From: a virus
Taxonomy: Duplodnaviria > Caudoviricetes
DNA length: 38,889 bases
IMG/VR virus record: IMGVR_UViG_3300027921_000029
Span: 1 to 38,889 of that record
Direction: 5' to 3' (one strand)
Positions 17,103-26,130 of this stretch are shown piece after piece. The stretch's first letter is position 1. Each line of letters starts with the position of its first letter. The notes under the pieces were generated by a model. That model was not told where the DNA came from and did not search any database. It worked only from the letters and a program-made list of their open reading frames with translations. Both the position numbers and the translations under genes were made by a program.

Positions 17103-17718
17103 ATCCATCATCCCCGCCGGCTATCGCCGCGACGCCCAGGGCCGTCTGGTGCCCGAGACCATGATTGCGCCCATCGACCTGGCGCGCGATGCCCTGGTGG
17201 GCGAGCTGCTCACCAAAGCCAAGGCGGTGGGCGCGGTGCTGCGCGACTTCAAGGCCGAGGCCTTCGGGGATATCCAGGCCTTCGTCGACCTATCGTTCGA
17301 GCAGTACGGCATCACCCCGCGCGGCGGCAAGGGCAAGGGCAACCTCACCCTGGTGAGCTTTGACGGCCGCTACAAGATTCAGGTCGCGGTGGCTGAGCAC
17401 ATCGCCTTCGACGAGCGCTTGCAGGCCGCCAAGTGCCTGATCGACGTGTGCATCACGGATTGGTCGCATGACAGCCGCCCGGAAATCAAGGTGCTGGTGC
17501 AGGACGCCTTCCAAACGGATAAGGAAGGCAAGATCAACATGGGCCGGGTGCTGGGCTTGCGCCGCCTGGATATCCGCGATGAGAAGTGGCAGCAGGCGAT
17601 GAAGGCCATCAGCGACAGCATCCGGGTGGTGGGCTCGAAGAGCTATGTGCGCTTCTATGAGCGCATCGGCAACAGCGACCAGTACCAGGCCATCAGCCTG
17701 GACGTGGCGGCGCTGTGA
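17095..17718 (+). CDS. DUF3164-like protein
   Basis: GKGNLTLVSFDGRYK…FDERLQAAK…SKSYVRFYER. Confidence 0.85.
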   Translation: MNESIIPAGYRRDAQGRLVPETMIAPIDLARDALVGELLTKAKAVGAVLRDFKAEAFGDIQAFVDLSFEQYGITPRGGKGKGNLTLVSFDGRYKIQVAVAEHIAFDERLQAAKCLIDVCITDWSHDSRPEIKVLVQDAFQTDKEGKINMGRVLGLRRLDIRDEKWQQAMKAISDSIRVVGSKSYVRFYERIGNSDQYQAISLDVAAL

Positions 17719-17969
17719 TTGGGCTGGCGATCATGTTCCTCACGCTCGAAACCATCCGAGAAGAGGCGAGCTATTGCGGCGTGCGCGGCGTGGAGAAGGA
17801 TGCCTGCCCGTACCGCCGCCCTGATCGCCGTGCGGCCTGGCTGCAAGGCTGGGAAAATGGCCGGCAAATCAAACTGGCGGAAGAAGCCAGGGCGCCGCTC
17901 TCGCAAGAAGAGAAGGCCAAGAACAGGGCGCGCTGCCAGCAGCTGCTGGCAGCGCTACAGGGGGAATAG
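17715..17969 (+). CDS. Small protein with Rmf/CrpP-like motif
   Basis: ACPYR…RAAWLQGWENG; GTGA overlap. Confidence 0.65.
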   Translation: MIGLAIMFLTLETIREEASYCGVRGVEKDACPYRRPDRRAAWLQGWENGRQIKLAEEARAPLSQEEKAKNRARCQQLLAALQGE

Positions 17970-17971
17970 AA

Positions 17972-18091
17972 ATGCCATGGCTATCGTGGGTCTTCATCGG
18001 CATCCGCTTGAGCTGCATCGGCGCGGCCATGTGGATGGTCAGGCGCTGGGAACGGAAGGTGGATCAGTTCTGGAGGGGCTATGACGACTGA
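17972..18091 (+). CDS. Small hydrophobic peptide (39 aa, MPWLSWVFIG…)
   Basis: Read manually; fills the gap and overlaps the next start. Confidence 0.45.
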   Translation: MPWLSWVFIGIRLSCIGAAMWMVRRWERKVDQFWRGYDD

Positions 18092-18251
18092 CGCCCTCAC
18101 CCATATCTGGCGTTGGAAGAAGTACCTGCCGGAACGCCATGGGCAGGCCTGCCGCATCGTGGCTACCGGCGCCCTAAACTCCGCCCTGGTCGAATTCGCG
18201 GATGGCGCGCGGGTCGTGACGAGCCGGTACGCGGTCAGGAGGTCGGCATGA
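18081..18251 (+). CDS. Small phage protein (56 aa, MTTDALTHIWRW…)
   Basis: Read manually; GGAGG RBS; ATGA overlap with the gemA-like gene. Confidence 0.65.
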   Translation: MTTDALTHIWRWKKYLPERHGQACRIVATGALNSALVEFADGARVVTSRYAVRRSA

Positions 18252-18697
18252 GCGACCTGGCCAAGCACTACCGCCAGTTGGTCGGCATCGCCAAGACCTG
18301 GGCGCTCAAGAACTTGCCGGGCTGGTGTGACGATACCCACCGCGACTTGCTCAGCCGCCACGGCGCCGTTTCCGTGGGCGGGCGCATGTCGGCCAGCAGC
18401 CTAAACGTGCCGCAGCTGGGCGCGGTGTTGGATGACTACGAGCGCCGGGGCTGGCCGCGCCAGAAGAAGGTATTCGGCGCCGGGCAGGCTGCCACACCGG
18501 TGCCGGCGCGCATCGGCCACCTGGTGCGCCTGTGGGGCCTGCTCGGCCAGGCGGGCAAGGTGGACACCGCCACCCGCTCGGCCCTGCTGGCCTTCTGCGC
18601 CCGCCAGACCCGGCGCGAGATTCCTGACCTGGACAGCTTGAGCCGGTCGGAATGCCAGGCCATCACCGAGGCCCTCAAGGCCTGGCTCGCCCGCTGA
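18248..18697 (+). CDS. GemA-like regulatory protein (Mu gp16)
   Basis: Position before mor; LVRLWGLLGQAGKV…ALLAFCARQT…ITEALKAWLAR. Confidence 0.75.
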   Translation: MSDLAKHYRQLVGIAKTWALKNLPGWCDDTHRDLLSRHGAVSVGGRMSASSLNVPQLGAVLDDYERRGWPRQKKVFGAGQAATPVPARIGHLVRLWGLLGQAGKVDTATRSALLAFCARQTRREIPDLDSLSRSECQAITEALKAWLAR

Positions 18698-18706
18698 TCT
18701 GCCGCC

Positions 18707-19153
18707 ATGTCCGCCCGCCACGCCCGCCACCACCACCAGCCCCCGGCCGTAGAGCCGGTCTGGCCGGCCGTGGACGATGAGCTGCTCAAGGTGCTGCCTG
18801 CGGTGCTGCGCGCCGTGGTGCGGGCGCTGGGCTATGCCAGGGCGCGGGACTGGCTGGTGGATCACGGCGGCGTCAATGTCAGTGTCCCCCTGCACCGTAC
18901 CGAGGCGCTGGGGTTGGAGCCGAGCGAGCTGGCCCGACTACGCATCGCCCTGGCTGCACACCTGGACGATAACGGCCGGGTGGCCATGCCAAAGGCGGAC
19001 AAGTTGTTCCAGGTCGCGCGCAACGCGCAGATCCGGAAAGACCGGCTCAATGCCGCCAGCCTGACCACACTGGCCCGTCAGCACCGTCTGACCTCGCGCA
19101 TGATCTGCAACATCTGCCGCGATGCGGATGATCGGCAGGCTGATCTGTTCTGA
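18707..19153 (+). CDS. Mor/C-family transcription activator
   Basis: LPAVLRAVVRALG…HGGVNV…RNAQI…LARQHRLTSRMICNI…QADLF. Confidence 0.85.
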   Translation: MSARHARHHHQPPAVEPVWPAVDDELLKVLPAVLRAVVRALGYARARDWLVDHGGVNVSVPLHRTEALGLEPSELARLRIALAAHLDDNGRVAMPKADKLFQVARNAQIRKDRLNAASLTTLARQHRLTSRMICNICRDADDRQADLF

Positions 19154-19287
19154 TTGGGCGCGAACCCGTCATATCGCATGTGAAAGGCATTTGAACGGCG
19201 CTTTCTGGGTATCGGGCATAGGACGGCCCCATCCGCGCACGAAACCCCCGCAAAACGCCTCTCCTGCATTCCGCCCCACGGCTGGCC

Positions 19288-19336
19288 CGCGTGAAACGTT
19301 TCCCGCCTTAACCCACTCTCGCTGACCCGCGAAACT
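19288..19336 (+). promoter_or_regulatory. Late promoter for the head/tail operon
   Basis: CGCGTGAAACGTTTCCCGCC (19288-19307), 23 nt, GAAACT. Confidence 0.72.
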
Positions 19337-19362
19337 GGCTCCATCGCAACCGGAGCCGCACC

Positions 19363-20343
19363 GTGCCAGCCACTCCCCACAAGACCCGCATTGCCGCCAT
19401 GTCCTTTGAGTTCGGACAGGATGGCGCCGTGCCGACTGAGGCGCATCTGTTGCCGCCTGGCCCGTTCCGGTCGGTGGATGTGCGCCCGGTGGAGTGTGCT
19501 GCCTGGCAACTGGACGCCACGGTCGCCGCTCGGGTGATTGCGCTGGCCGCCAGCCAGAAAACCGACATCGTTGTCGACTTCGAACACCAGGGCCTGCGCA
19601 GCGCCGAGAACGGCAAGCGCAATGAGGCGGCTGGATGGATTCCCCGCACGCTGGAGTGGCGTGAAGGCTCAGGCCTGTGGGCCACAGGAATCAAGTGGGT
19701 TGGTGATACCGCCGACCTGATCGCGGCCAAGAAATACCGCTACATCAGCGCCCTGTTCGCTTACTCCACCGTGACCGGCGAGGTGCTGGAAATCGTCGCG
19801 GTCACGTTGACCAATACCCCAGGTATCGACGGGCTCGAAGCCCTGGCCGACCTGGCACGCTCGTTTACCCACCCCGAGGAGGATGCCGCCATGGCGGACG
19901 AAAAGACCCTCGCCGCGCTCACTGCCGAGCGCGACGGCCTGAATACCAAGCTGGCGGCGCTGACCGCTGAACGTGACGGGCTGAGCACCAAGCTCGCCGC
20001 CCTGACCACGGAACGCGATGGCCTGAAAACCCAGGTCACCACTCTGGAACAGGAGAAAGCCACCGCCGCCCTGGCCGCCGACAAGGCGAAACATGCCGAC
20101 GTGCTGGCCGCCGCGCTGACCGATGGCCGCCTGACCCCGGCGCAGAAGCCTTGGGCGGAAAAGCAATCGCTCGCCGCGCTGACCGAATACCTGGACGCCA
20201 CCAAGCCGCTGCCCATTGCCGGCGGCCCCCAGGCGGATGGGAAACCGGGCGGCGGGGCAGGGCTGACCGAAACGGAGCTGGCGATGTGCACCCGCATGGG
20301 TGTGAAGCCGGAAGATTTCAAGCGGGCCCAGGCCTCGGCGTAA
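19363..20343 (+). CDS. Mu gpI-like prohead protease/scaffold
   Basis: VVDFEHQ, AAGWI, YRYISALF and LTNTP motifs. Confidence 0.92.
   Translation: MPATPHKTRIAAMSFEFGQDGAVPTEAHLLPPGPFRSVDVRPVECAAWQLDATVAARVIALAASQKTDIVVDFEHQGLRSAENGKRNEAAGWIPRTLEWREGSGLWATGIKWVGDTADLIAAKKYRYISALFAYSTVTGEVLEIVAVTLTNTPGIDGLEALADLARSFTHPEEDAAMADEKTLAALTAERDGLNTKLAALTAERDGLSTKLAALTTERDGLKTQVTTLEQEKATAALAADKAKHADVLAAALTDGRLTPAQKPWAEKQSLAALTEYLDATKPLPIAGGPQADGKPGGGAGLTETELAMCTRMGVKPEDFKRAQASA
19891..20343 (+). CDS. Nested in-frame scaffold protein (Mu gpZ-like)
   Basis: Internal GAGGAGG RBS 8 nt before ATG 19891; coiled-coil repeats follow. Confidence 0.65.
   Translation: MADEKTLAALTAERDGLNTKLAALTAERDGLSTKLAALTTERDGLKTQVTTLEQEKATAALAADKAKHADVLAAALTDGRLTPAQKPWAEKQSLAALTEYLDATKPLPIAGGPQADGKPGGGAGLTETELAMCTRMGVKPEDFKRAQASA
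19909..20034 (+). repeat. 3 x 42-bp tandem coding repeat (LAALTAERDGLxTK)
   Basis: Visible in the translation; synonymous divergence between copies. Confidence 0.85.
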
Positions 20344-20383
20344 GCCAGCCGCCGCCGCACCCCTCACGCACTAGGAGATCGCA

Positions 20384-21286
20384 ATGGCTGTCACGCAAGC
20401 ACAAATCGATGCACTCAAGACCACCCTGGTCGCCCGCTGGAATGCGGGCCTGGCCATGTCGCCGGACGATTGGAAGATCGTCGCCAAGCTGGTCAAGAGC
20501 GGCGGCAAGAGCAACACCTACAAGTGGTTGAGCCAGTTCCCGGCCTTCCGTGAGTGGGTTGGCGCCCGCCTGCACAAGGTCTATGCCGAGCACGGTTACA
20601 TCGTCATGAACCGGAAGTTCGAGGCCACGGTGGACGTGGAGCGAACGGACATCGAGGACGATGACATCGGCCAGTACGGCACCATTGCCGAGGGCGCCGG
20701 CCAGTCCGCAACCGATCTGAAAAACGACCTGATCTTCCAGGCGCTGGCGGGCGGTTTCGCGTCCACCTGTTACGACGGCCAGTACTTCTTCGATACCGAC
20801 CACCCGGTCTATCCGAACGAAGACGGTACCGGTGTGGCGGGCAGCGTGAGCAACATGCAGGCCGGCGCCGGGGCGCCCTGGATTCTGCTGTGCACCAAGC
20901 GGGCGGCGGCGCCGATCTACCTCCAGGAACGCATCGCGCCCGAGTTCGTCGCCAAGACCTCGGCGGCGAACTCGGGCAGCGTGTTCGAGCAGGACGTGTA
21001 CAGCTACGGCGGACGCTGGCGAGGCAACGCGGCGTATGGCTTCTGGCAGTGCGCCTTCGGCTCCAAGGCCACCCTGGACGCCGCCAACTTCAACGCCGCT
21101 TATGCCGCGATGATGGAATTCAAGGGCGATGGCGGCCGCAAACTGGGCATCAAGCCGGACTTGCTGGTGTGCGGCTCGGCCAACATGGCCGCCGCTGAGA
21201 CGCTGTTGAAGGCGGTTCAGAACGCCAACGGGGCGAGCAATACCAACTACCAGAAGGTCAACCTGCACGTCACGCCCTGGTTGTAA
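20384..21286 (+). CDS. Major head subunit (Mu gpT-like)
   Basis: YKWLSQFPAFREWVG, DIEDDDIGQY, CYDGQYFFDTDHPV, YGFWQ. Confidence 0.95.
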   Translation: MAVTQAQIDALKTTLVARWNAGLAMSPDDWKIVAKLVKSGGKSNTYKWLSQFPAFREWVGARLHKVYAEHGYIVMNRKFEATVDVERTDIEDDDIGQYGTIAEGAGQSATDLKNDLIFQALAGGFASTCYDGQYFFDTDHPVYPNEDGTGVAGSVSNMQAGAGAPWILLCTKRAAAPIYLQERIAPEFVAKTSAANSGSVFEQDVYSYGGRWRGNAAYGFWQCAFGSKATLDAANFNAAYAAMMEFKGDGGRKLGIKPDLLVCGSANMAAAETLLKAVQNANGASNTNYQKVNLHVTPWL

Positions 21287-21293
21287 GCCCAAC

Positions 21294-21321
21294 AGACGCC
21301 GGCAGGGATGCCGGCGCTACA
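21294..21321. repeat. REP (GTAG family) after the capsid gene
   Basis: AGACGCCGGCAGGGATGCCGGCGCTACA; core identical to 17060-17083. Confidence 0.75.
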
Positions 21322-21358
21322 GGGGCGCGCCGACGCGCCCTGTCAATAGGAGACGGTC

Positions 21359-21799
21359 ATGGATCTGCATGTACGAGTCAAACCCAAGAGCGGCGCCCAG
21401 CAGTTCTATCGCTGCGGGATGCTGTTTACCCTGGCCTGGGCGCTGGTGACGGTGGACGATGCCACCGCCCGGCGCCTGGATGAAGAGCAGATGCTGGAGG
21501 TGTCGGAGGACACGCCGGTGGATTACGAGGGCCTGGACGCTACGTCGAATGCGGATGGCACCGCGAATGCTGAGCCCCCCACTACCGCCGCCACCCCGGC
21601 AGCTGCACCCCATACCCCCCCCGAGCCGTCCGCAGATGTTGGCGCGGACACCGCTTCCCCCGTGGCGATGGCCACGGGGGTGGACGCGGGCGAGGTAGCG
21701 CAGGCTTCCAGCCTGCAAGCCCAGGCCGATGCCGAGGCCGCCGCCGAGGCGGCCCCTGTAGCGCCGGCGCCTCGCCGGCCCGCCAAGGCGAAGAAGTAA
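21359..21799 (+). CDS. HI1506/Mu gp35-like protein with low-complexity tail
   Basis: FYRCGMLF…RLDEEQMLEV; follows the capsid gene. Confidence 0.7.
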   Translation: MDLHVRVKPKSGAQQFYRCGMLFTLAWALVTVDDATARRLDEEQMLEVSEDTPVDYEGLDATSNADGTANAEPPTTAATPAAAPHTPPEPSADVGADTASPVAMATGVDAGEVAQASSLQAQADAEAAAEAAPVAPAPRRPAKAKK

Positions 21800-21802
21800 G
21801 CC

Positions 21803-22294
21803 ATGCCCTTCGCTACCCGCTCCGATCTGCTGGCGCGCAGCAACGCGCGGCGCCTGGCCCAGCTCGCCGTGCCGGCGGACCTGGACATGGTGCCGGACGA
21901 TGCCCTGCGCGCGGCGGTGGCGGGTGGCGATCTGTCCGGCTTCACGCCGGAGGCGCAGGCGGCCTTGGTGCTGGCGCTGGAAGCCGTTGATCAGGCGCTG
22001 AATGATGCCGATGCGCTGATCCTGTCCTATGGCATCCCCGCCACGGTGCAGACCACGCTGTTGGCCAGACTGGCGTCCACCATCGCGCTCTATTACCTGC
22101 AAGGGGCGGAGCGCATGACGGAAGACGTGCGCAAAGCCTACGAAGGGGTAATCGACACCCTGAAATCCCATGCGCGCGGCGATGTGAATCTGATCCCGCC
22201 CGCGCCCACCGATCCGGCGCCCTCTGGCGACCTGGTGGTGATCGAGAGCGCGCCGGCGCGCTATGGCACCACTACAACGGCCGGGGACTGGTAA
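21803..22294 (+). CDS. Head-tail connector (Mu gp36, DUF1320-like)
   Basis: MPFATRSDL…ALNDADALI…IALYYL…YE motifs. Confidence 0.8.
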   Translation: MPFATRSDLLARSNARRLAQLAVPADLDMVPDDALRAAVAGGDLSGFTPEAQAALVLALEAVDQALNDADALILSYGIPATVQTTLLARLASTIALYYLQGAERMTEDVRKAYEGVIDTLKSHARGDVNLIPPAPTDPAPSGDLVVIESAPARYGTTTTAGDW

Positions 22295-22776
22295 TGCTCT
22301 CCCTCAAGCCCCTAATCGACTACCTGACCCCCAAGCCCGCCGGCTTCGAGGGGCTGTGGTTTCGCCAGGTGGCTGGCGCGGCGGAATACGCCCGCCTGCG
22401 CCCGGAGGCGCTGCCCCTGCCGGCCTGCTGGATCGTGCGGGCGGCGGACAAGGTGAGCCATGCCGGGGAGCGCGCCGAGGAGGTGCGGCTGGTGTTCGAT
22501 GTGGTGATAGCTATCACCAATGCCCGCACCCATGCCCAGGGCGATACCGACGATGAGTTGCTGCGCTATCGCCAGGCCGTAAAAACCCTGTTGCTGGGCT
22601 GGGAGATTGAACCCGACGTGCGGCCCATCCAGTGGGACGGCGGCCGGGTGCTGGAATACACGGATGGTGACCAGTATTGGGCCGACCGCTACGCCTTCGA
22701 TGCCGTGATAACCAACTACCTGCCCGACCCGCCGAATTACGCGGGCCTGACCTGTCTCAACCCTCTGCCGGAGTAA
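22294..22776 (+). CDS. Tail terminator/completion protein (Mu gp37-like)
   Basis: Synteny; VAGAAEY…LLGWE…WADRY. Confidence 0.7.
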   Translation: MLSLKPLIDYLTPKPAGFEGLWFRQVAGAAEYARLRPEALPLPACWIVRAADKVSHAGERAEEVRLVFDVVIAITNARTHAQGDTDDELLRYRQAVKTLLLGWEIEPDVRPIQWDGGRVLEYTDGDQYWADRYAFDAVITNYLPDPPNYAGLTCLNPLPE

Positions 22777-22779
22777 CTC

Positions 22780-24240
22780 ATGCTCAGTTTCCAGAAAATC
22801 CCCGCCGCCCTGCGCTATCCCGGCGCCTACGTTGAAATCGACGGTTCCCAGGCTGGCCTGGGGGGTGACATCCCCGCCGTGCTGCTGGTCGGCCAGAAGC
22901 TGGCCACGGGCACGGCGGCGGCCGGTGAAATCGTCCAGGTCAGCGGGGTGGCGGATGCGGTGGCCAAGGCCGGCGCCGGCTCCATGCTGGCGCAGATGGC
23001 GGCGCGCTACCGCGCCGTCGACCCGGTGCTCGACCTCTACATCCTGCCCTATGCCGACAACGTCGCCGGGGTGGCCGCAACGGGCACGCTTACGGTGACC
23101 GCCGTCCCCACGGTGGCGGGCACGCTATCCCTGTACATCGCCGGGCGCCTGGTGACCGTGGCCATGGCTACAGGCCAGACCACCACCCAGATTGCCGCCG
23201 CCATCGTGGACGCCATCACGGCCGCCGGCGCAGACATCCCGGTGACGGCTACATCCGCCCTGGGCGTGGTGACGCTGACCGCGCGCCACAAGGGCACCTG
23301 CGGCAATGCGATCGACCTGCGCCTGAACCTGTATGGCGAAACCAACCCGGCCGGCCTGGCGCTGACCCTCGCCGCGCTGGCGGGCGGCACGGGTGACCCG
23401 GCGCCGGGCGCCCTGAGCACCATCATCGGCCAGCGCTGGTTTCGCTACGTCGCGCTCGGCATCAATGACGCCGCCACCCTGGCCGCCTGGCATACCGAGA
23501 GCCAGGCCCGCTACGCGCCGCCCATCCAGGCCGGTTTCCGCGCCTTCACCGCGCACCGGGGTGACTACGCCAGCGCGGTGGCCTACGGCACGGCCCGCAA
23601 CGCCGAACACCTCGCCTGCCTGTCGCTGGAGCTGAACCCGACCTCGACCTGGGAGGCCGCCGCCATCGTCACGGCCGCCGCCGCGCCGAAGCTGTACAAC
23701 AATCCGGTGGAGTCGCTGGAGGGCATCGCCCTGCCCGGCATGATCGGGGTGAGCTATCACGACTGGACCAACGCCAACAGCTTGCTGTTCAAGGGCATGA
23801 GCGTGATGCAGGTGACCCGCGACGGCTCTTGCAGCCTCAAGCGCTTGATCTCCATGTACCAGTACCGCCCGGACGGCAGCACCGATGATGCCTTCCTGGA
23901 CATCAACGCCGCCGAGGTGATGGAGCGCATCCGCTATGAGCAGCGCATCGGCGCCATCAAGCGCTTCGTCGGCACGGCGGCGGCCAAGACCAATGAGGGC
24001 TACCGCCCCGGCCTGCGCATCACCACCGTGGACGACGTGCGCGCCTACCTGCTCAGCCTGTACCAGCACACGCTGATGCAGGAATACGGTTGGGTGCAGG
24101 AGTACGCCTACTACAAGGACAACCTGGTGGTGGAGCAAGACCCGCTGAACCCCAGCCGCTTCAACTACCTGGATACGCCGGTGATCCTGAGCCCCTTCTA
24201 CATCCTGGCTGGCCGCGCGCAGTTCCGCAAAACCGCCTGA
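22780..24240 (+). CDS. Tail sheath protein (Mu gpL-like)
   Basis: IPAALRYPGAYVEID, GSMLAQM, VTLTARHKG motifs. Confidence 0.93.
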   Translation: MLSFQKIPAALRYPGAYVEIDGSQAGLGGDIPAVLLVGQKLATGTAAAGEIVQVSGVADAVAKAGAGSMLAQMAARYRAVDPVLDLYILPYADNVAGVAATGTLTVTAVPTVAGTLSLYIAGRLVTVAMATGQTTTQIAAAIVDAITAAGADIPVTATSALGVVTLTARHKGTCGNAIDLRLNLYGETNPAGLALTLAALAGGTGDPAPGALSTIIGQRWFRYVALGINDAATLAAWHTESQARYAPPIQAGFRAFTAHRGDYASAVAYGTARNAEHLACLSLELNPTSTWEAAAIVTAAAAPKLYNNPVESLEGIALPGMIGVSYHDWTNANSLLFKGMSVMQVTRDGSCSLKRLISMYQYRPDGSTDDAFLDINAAEVMERIRYEQRIGAIKRFVGTAAAKTNEGYRPGLRITTVDDVRAYLLSLYQHTLMQEYGWVQEYAYYKDNLVVEQDPLNPSRFNYLDTPVILSPFYILAGRAQFRKTA

Positions 24241-24244
24241 CCTT

Positions 24245-24279
24245 CCCCCTCTCCCCCTGGGAGAGGGCTGGGGTGAGGG
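24245..24279. repeat. CCCTCTCCC/GGGAGAGGG palindromic repeat between sheath and tube genes
   Basis: CCCCCTCTCCCCCTGGGAGAGGGCTGGGGTGAGGG. Confidence 0.7.
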
Positions 24280-24312
24280 AAACCACGCAACCAATTCGCA
24301 GAGGATTGAACC

Positions 24313-24675
24313 ATGGCCCAAATGAACAACATCCGCACCGTCAGCGTGCCGTCGATCGGCAAGTTGCCGCTCTCCGCCAACGCCGGCACTTTCACCCCCA
24401 GCGGCAAGAAGCGCGACCACAAAGCGGGCCGCCTGCCCGAGGATGGCGGCTTCGTCGAATCCGGCACCCCGGCGAAGCTGGAGCTCTCGATCAACCTGCT
24501 CGGCGGCGTCGATGTGATCGCGCTCAATGCCATCGCTGGCGAGGATGTCACCGTCCGCCTGGCTGACGGCCACGTCCACATGCTGTCTCAGGCATTCGTC
24601 GCCGAGCCGATCGGCGTGGGTGATGGCGAGTCGAAAATGACCATCATGGCCAACACCTCTGAGCAGATTTCCTGA
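24313..24675 (+). CDS. Tail tube protein (Mu gpM-like)
   Basis: 120 aa, directly after the sheath; GAGGA RBS. Confidence 0.85.
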   Translation: MAQMNNIRTVSVPSIGKLPLSANAGTFTPSGKKRDHKAGRLPEDGGFVESGTPAKLELSINLLGGVDVIALNAIAGEDVTVRLADGHVHMLSQAFVAEPIGVGDGESKMTIMANTSEQIS

Positions 24676-24676
24676 C

Positions 24677-25336
24677 ATGAGCAATCCACTCGGAAAATAC
24701 ACGGCGCCAGACGGTTCGGTGCACTGGATTGAACTGGCGTGCGATGCGGAAGGCAAGCTCCTGGTAGCTGGTACGGGCGGCGCTGGCGGTGATGCCAGCC
24801 CGCTCACCAATACCGAGTTGCGGGCGGCGGCGGTACCGGTGGCCGGCACTGCTGCGACAGGCACCGCGCCGACACTACCGCCGCTTTCCATCTCCGGCGT
24901 CGATGGGGGCGGCCTGAAGCGGCATTTGCTGACCGACCCCACGGGCCGGCAGGTGACAGTGACTGCCCCGCCTATCGAAATCCGAACCAACGTCGGCGCG
25001 GTATCGGCTGGCGCGTGGGTGCCGGGAGAAACGTTAGACCTCGGCCCGGCAGCGACGAGACAGCACACGCGGCTACTATTCTGTAAATATGGCGTAGCCA
25101 GCGCCGGTGAATCGCTGTCAACGCAGTGGTCAGACGATGGGGTCGTCTGGAATTCCAATGTCCCGGCCGCGTTCGGGGCAGGCGTCGCGAACACGAACGC
25201 GTTCAGCAACATCAGTTCCGCGCAGATGTCCACGCAGGGCATCCCGCCGGGCAGGTACGTCCGGTTGGCATTCTCCAACGGGGCTACCCCGCAGACTGCG
25301 CTACAGCTCTTTATCACCGCCATCGCGGGGATCTAA
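24677..25336 (+). CDS. Inserted hypothetical protein, possible accessory fibre/decoration
   Basis: Gly/Ala/Thr-rich N-terminal half and beta-rich C-terminal half; starts 1 nt after the tube stop. Confidence 0.7.
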   Translation: MSNPLGKYTAPDGSVHWIELACDAEGKLLVAGTGGAGGDASPLTNTELRAAAVPVAGTAATGTAPTLPPLSISGVDGGGLKRHLLTDPTGRQVTVTAPPIEIRTNVGAVSAGAWVPGETLDLGPAATRQHTRLLFCKYGVASAGESLSTQWSDDGVVWNSNVPAAFGAGVANTNAFSNISSAQMSTQGIPPGRYVRLAFSNGATPQTALQLFITAIAGI

Positions 25337-25341
25337 AGCCC

Positions 25342-25701
25342 ATGCGAACCGCCACGCTCCCCCTCACCCAGAACGATCTCCCCTATCTCGCGTGCGTGCC
25401 GCGCGGAGACGGCACCGCCACGCTGTACGATCTTGGGGATGAGGATCTATTACCCCCACGCACCCGGGCGCCGCGCCGTATCACAGCCGGCGAGTTCCGC
25501 GATCTATTCACGACGCCCGAGCTAATCGGCATCAACCAACTCGCTTATGGCGGCGATGCTACAGCCCAACTGCTCTTGCTCAAGATCACGACCGCCAGCG
25601 CCGGCATCGACATCGATTCGCCCGAGGTGGCGGGTGGGCTGGATTATCTGGTGGCCAAGGGGCGGCTGGCCGCTGGGCGGTTGGCTGAAATTCTCGCGTG
25701 A
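25342..25701 (+). CDS. Inserted hypothetical protein (119 aa), possible fibre chaperone
   Basis: RRITAGEFRDLFT…IDIDSPEVAGGLDYLVAKG; fills the gap. Confidence 0.65.
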   Translation: MRTATLPLTQNDLPYLACVPRGDGTATLYDLGDEDLLPPRTRAPRRITAGEFRDLFTTPELIGINQLAYGGDATAQLLLLKITTASAGIDIDSPEVAGGLDYLVAKGRLAAGRLAEILA

Positions 25702-25708
25702 GGAAACC

Positions 25709-25993
25709 ATGAAACTACCCTTGAAACACCCCCTCACCTTCGGCAAGACGACGGTCGAAAGCCTGACCTTCCGCGACTACACCACCGCCGCCGACTACCT
25801 GAGTTTTGATAAACGCGGTGGCGTGGCGCAGCGCATCGCGCTGATTGCCAGCCTGTCCGGCACCGATGAGGCGCTTATCCTGCAACTGCGCGGCAAGGAC
25901 TACCGCGCCGCCGAGGCGATCGCCGATGCGCTGCTGATGGCCGACGAGGCCGACGACGCCGCCCCCGGCGAGGATGCTGCCGAAAAAAAGTAG
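25709..25993 (+). CDS. Tail assembly chaperone (Mu gp41-like)
   Basis: MKLPLKHPLTFG…LTFR…IASLSG; ends in a slippery A_AAA_AAG. Confidence 0.85.
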   Translation: MKLPLKHPLTFGKTTVESLTFRDYTTAADYLSFDKRGGVAQRIALIASLSGTDEALILQLRGKDYRAAEAIADALLMADEADDAAPGEDAAEKK

Positions 25994-26130
25994 TCCGCAT
26001 CCTGACCGCCGTGGGGCTGGTGGCGAAGGTGCTCAACCAACCCCTGCCGGTAGCCAAGTCCTTGCCCCTGGCTGAGCTGTTCATGTGGGCCAGGCTGGCG
26101 GCGGCGATGGATGGGCGAACGTTCGAGTAG
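25709..26130 (+). CDS. -1 frameshift extension of the tail chaperone (G-T type)
   Basis: A AAA AAG at 25984-25990; -1 frame reads VVRILTAVGLVAKVLNQP…LAELFMWAR…FE to TAG at 26130. Confidence 0.75.

Noticed and set aside
23125-25323. Long antisense ORFs (e.g. 732 aa here, 476 aa at 2985-4415, 383 aa at 4363-5514)
   Set aside because: Shadow frames opposite well-supported high-GC genes, with no recognisable motifs.
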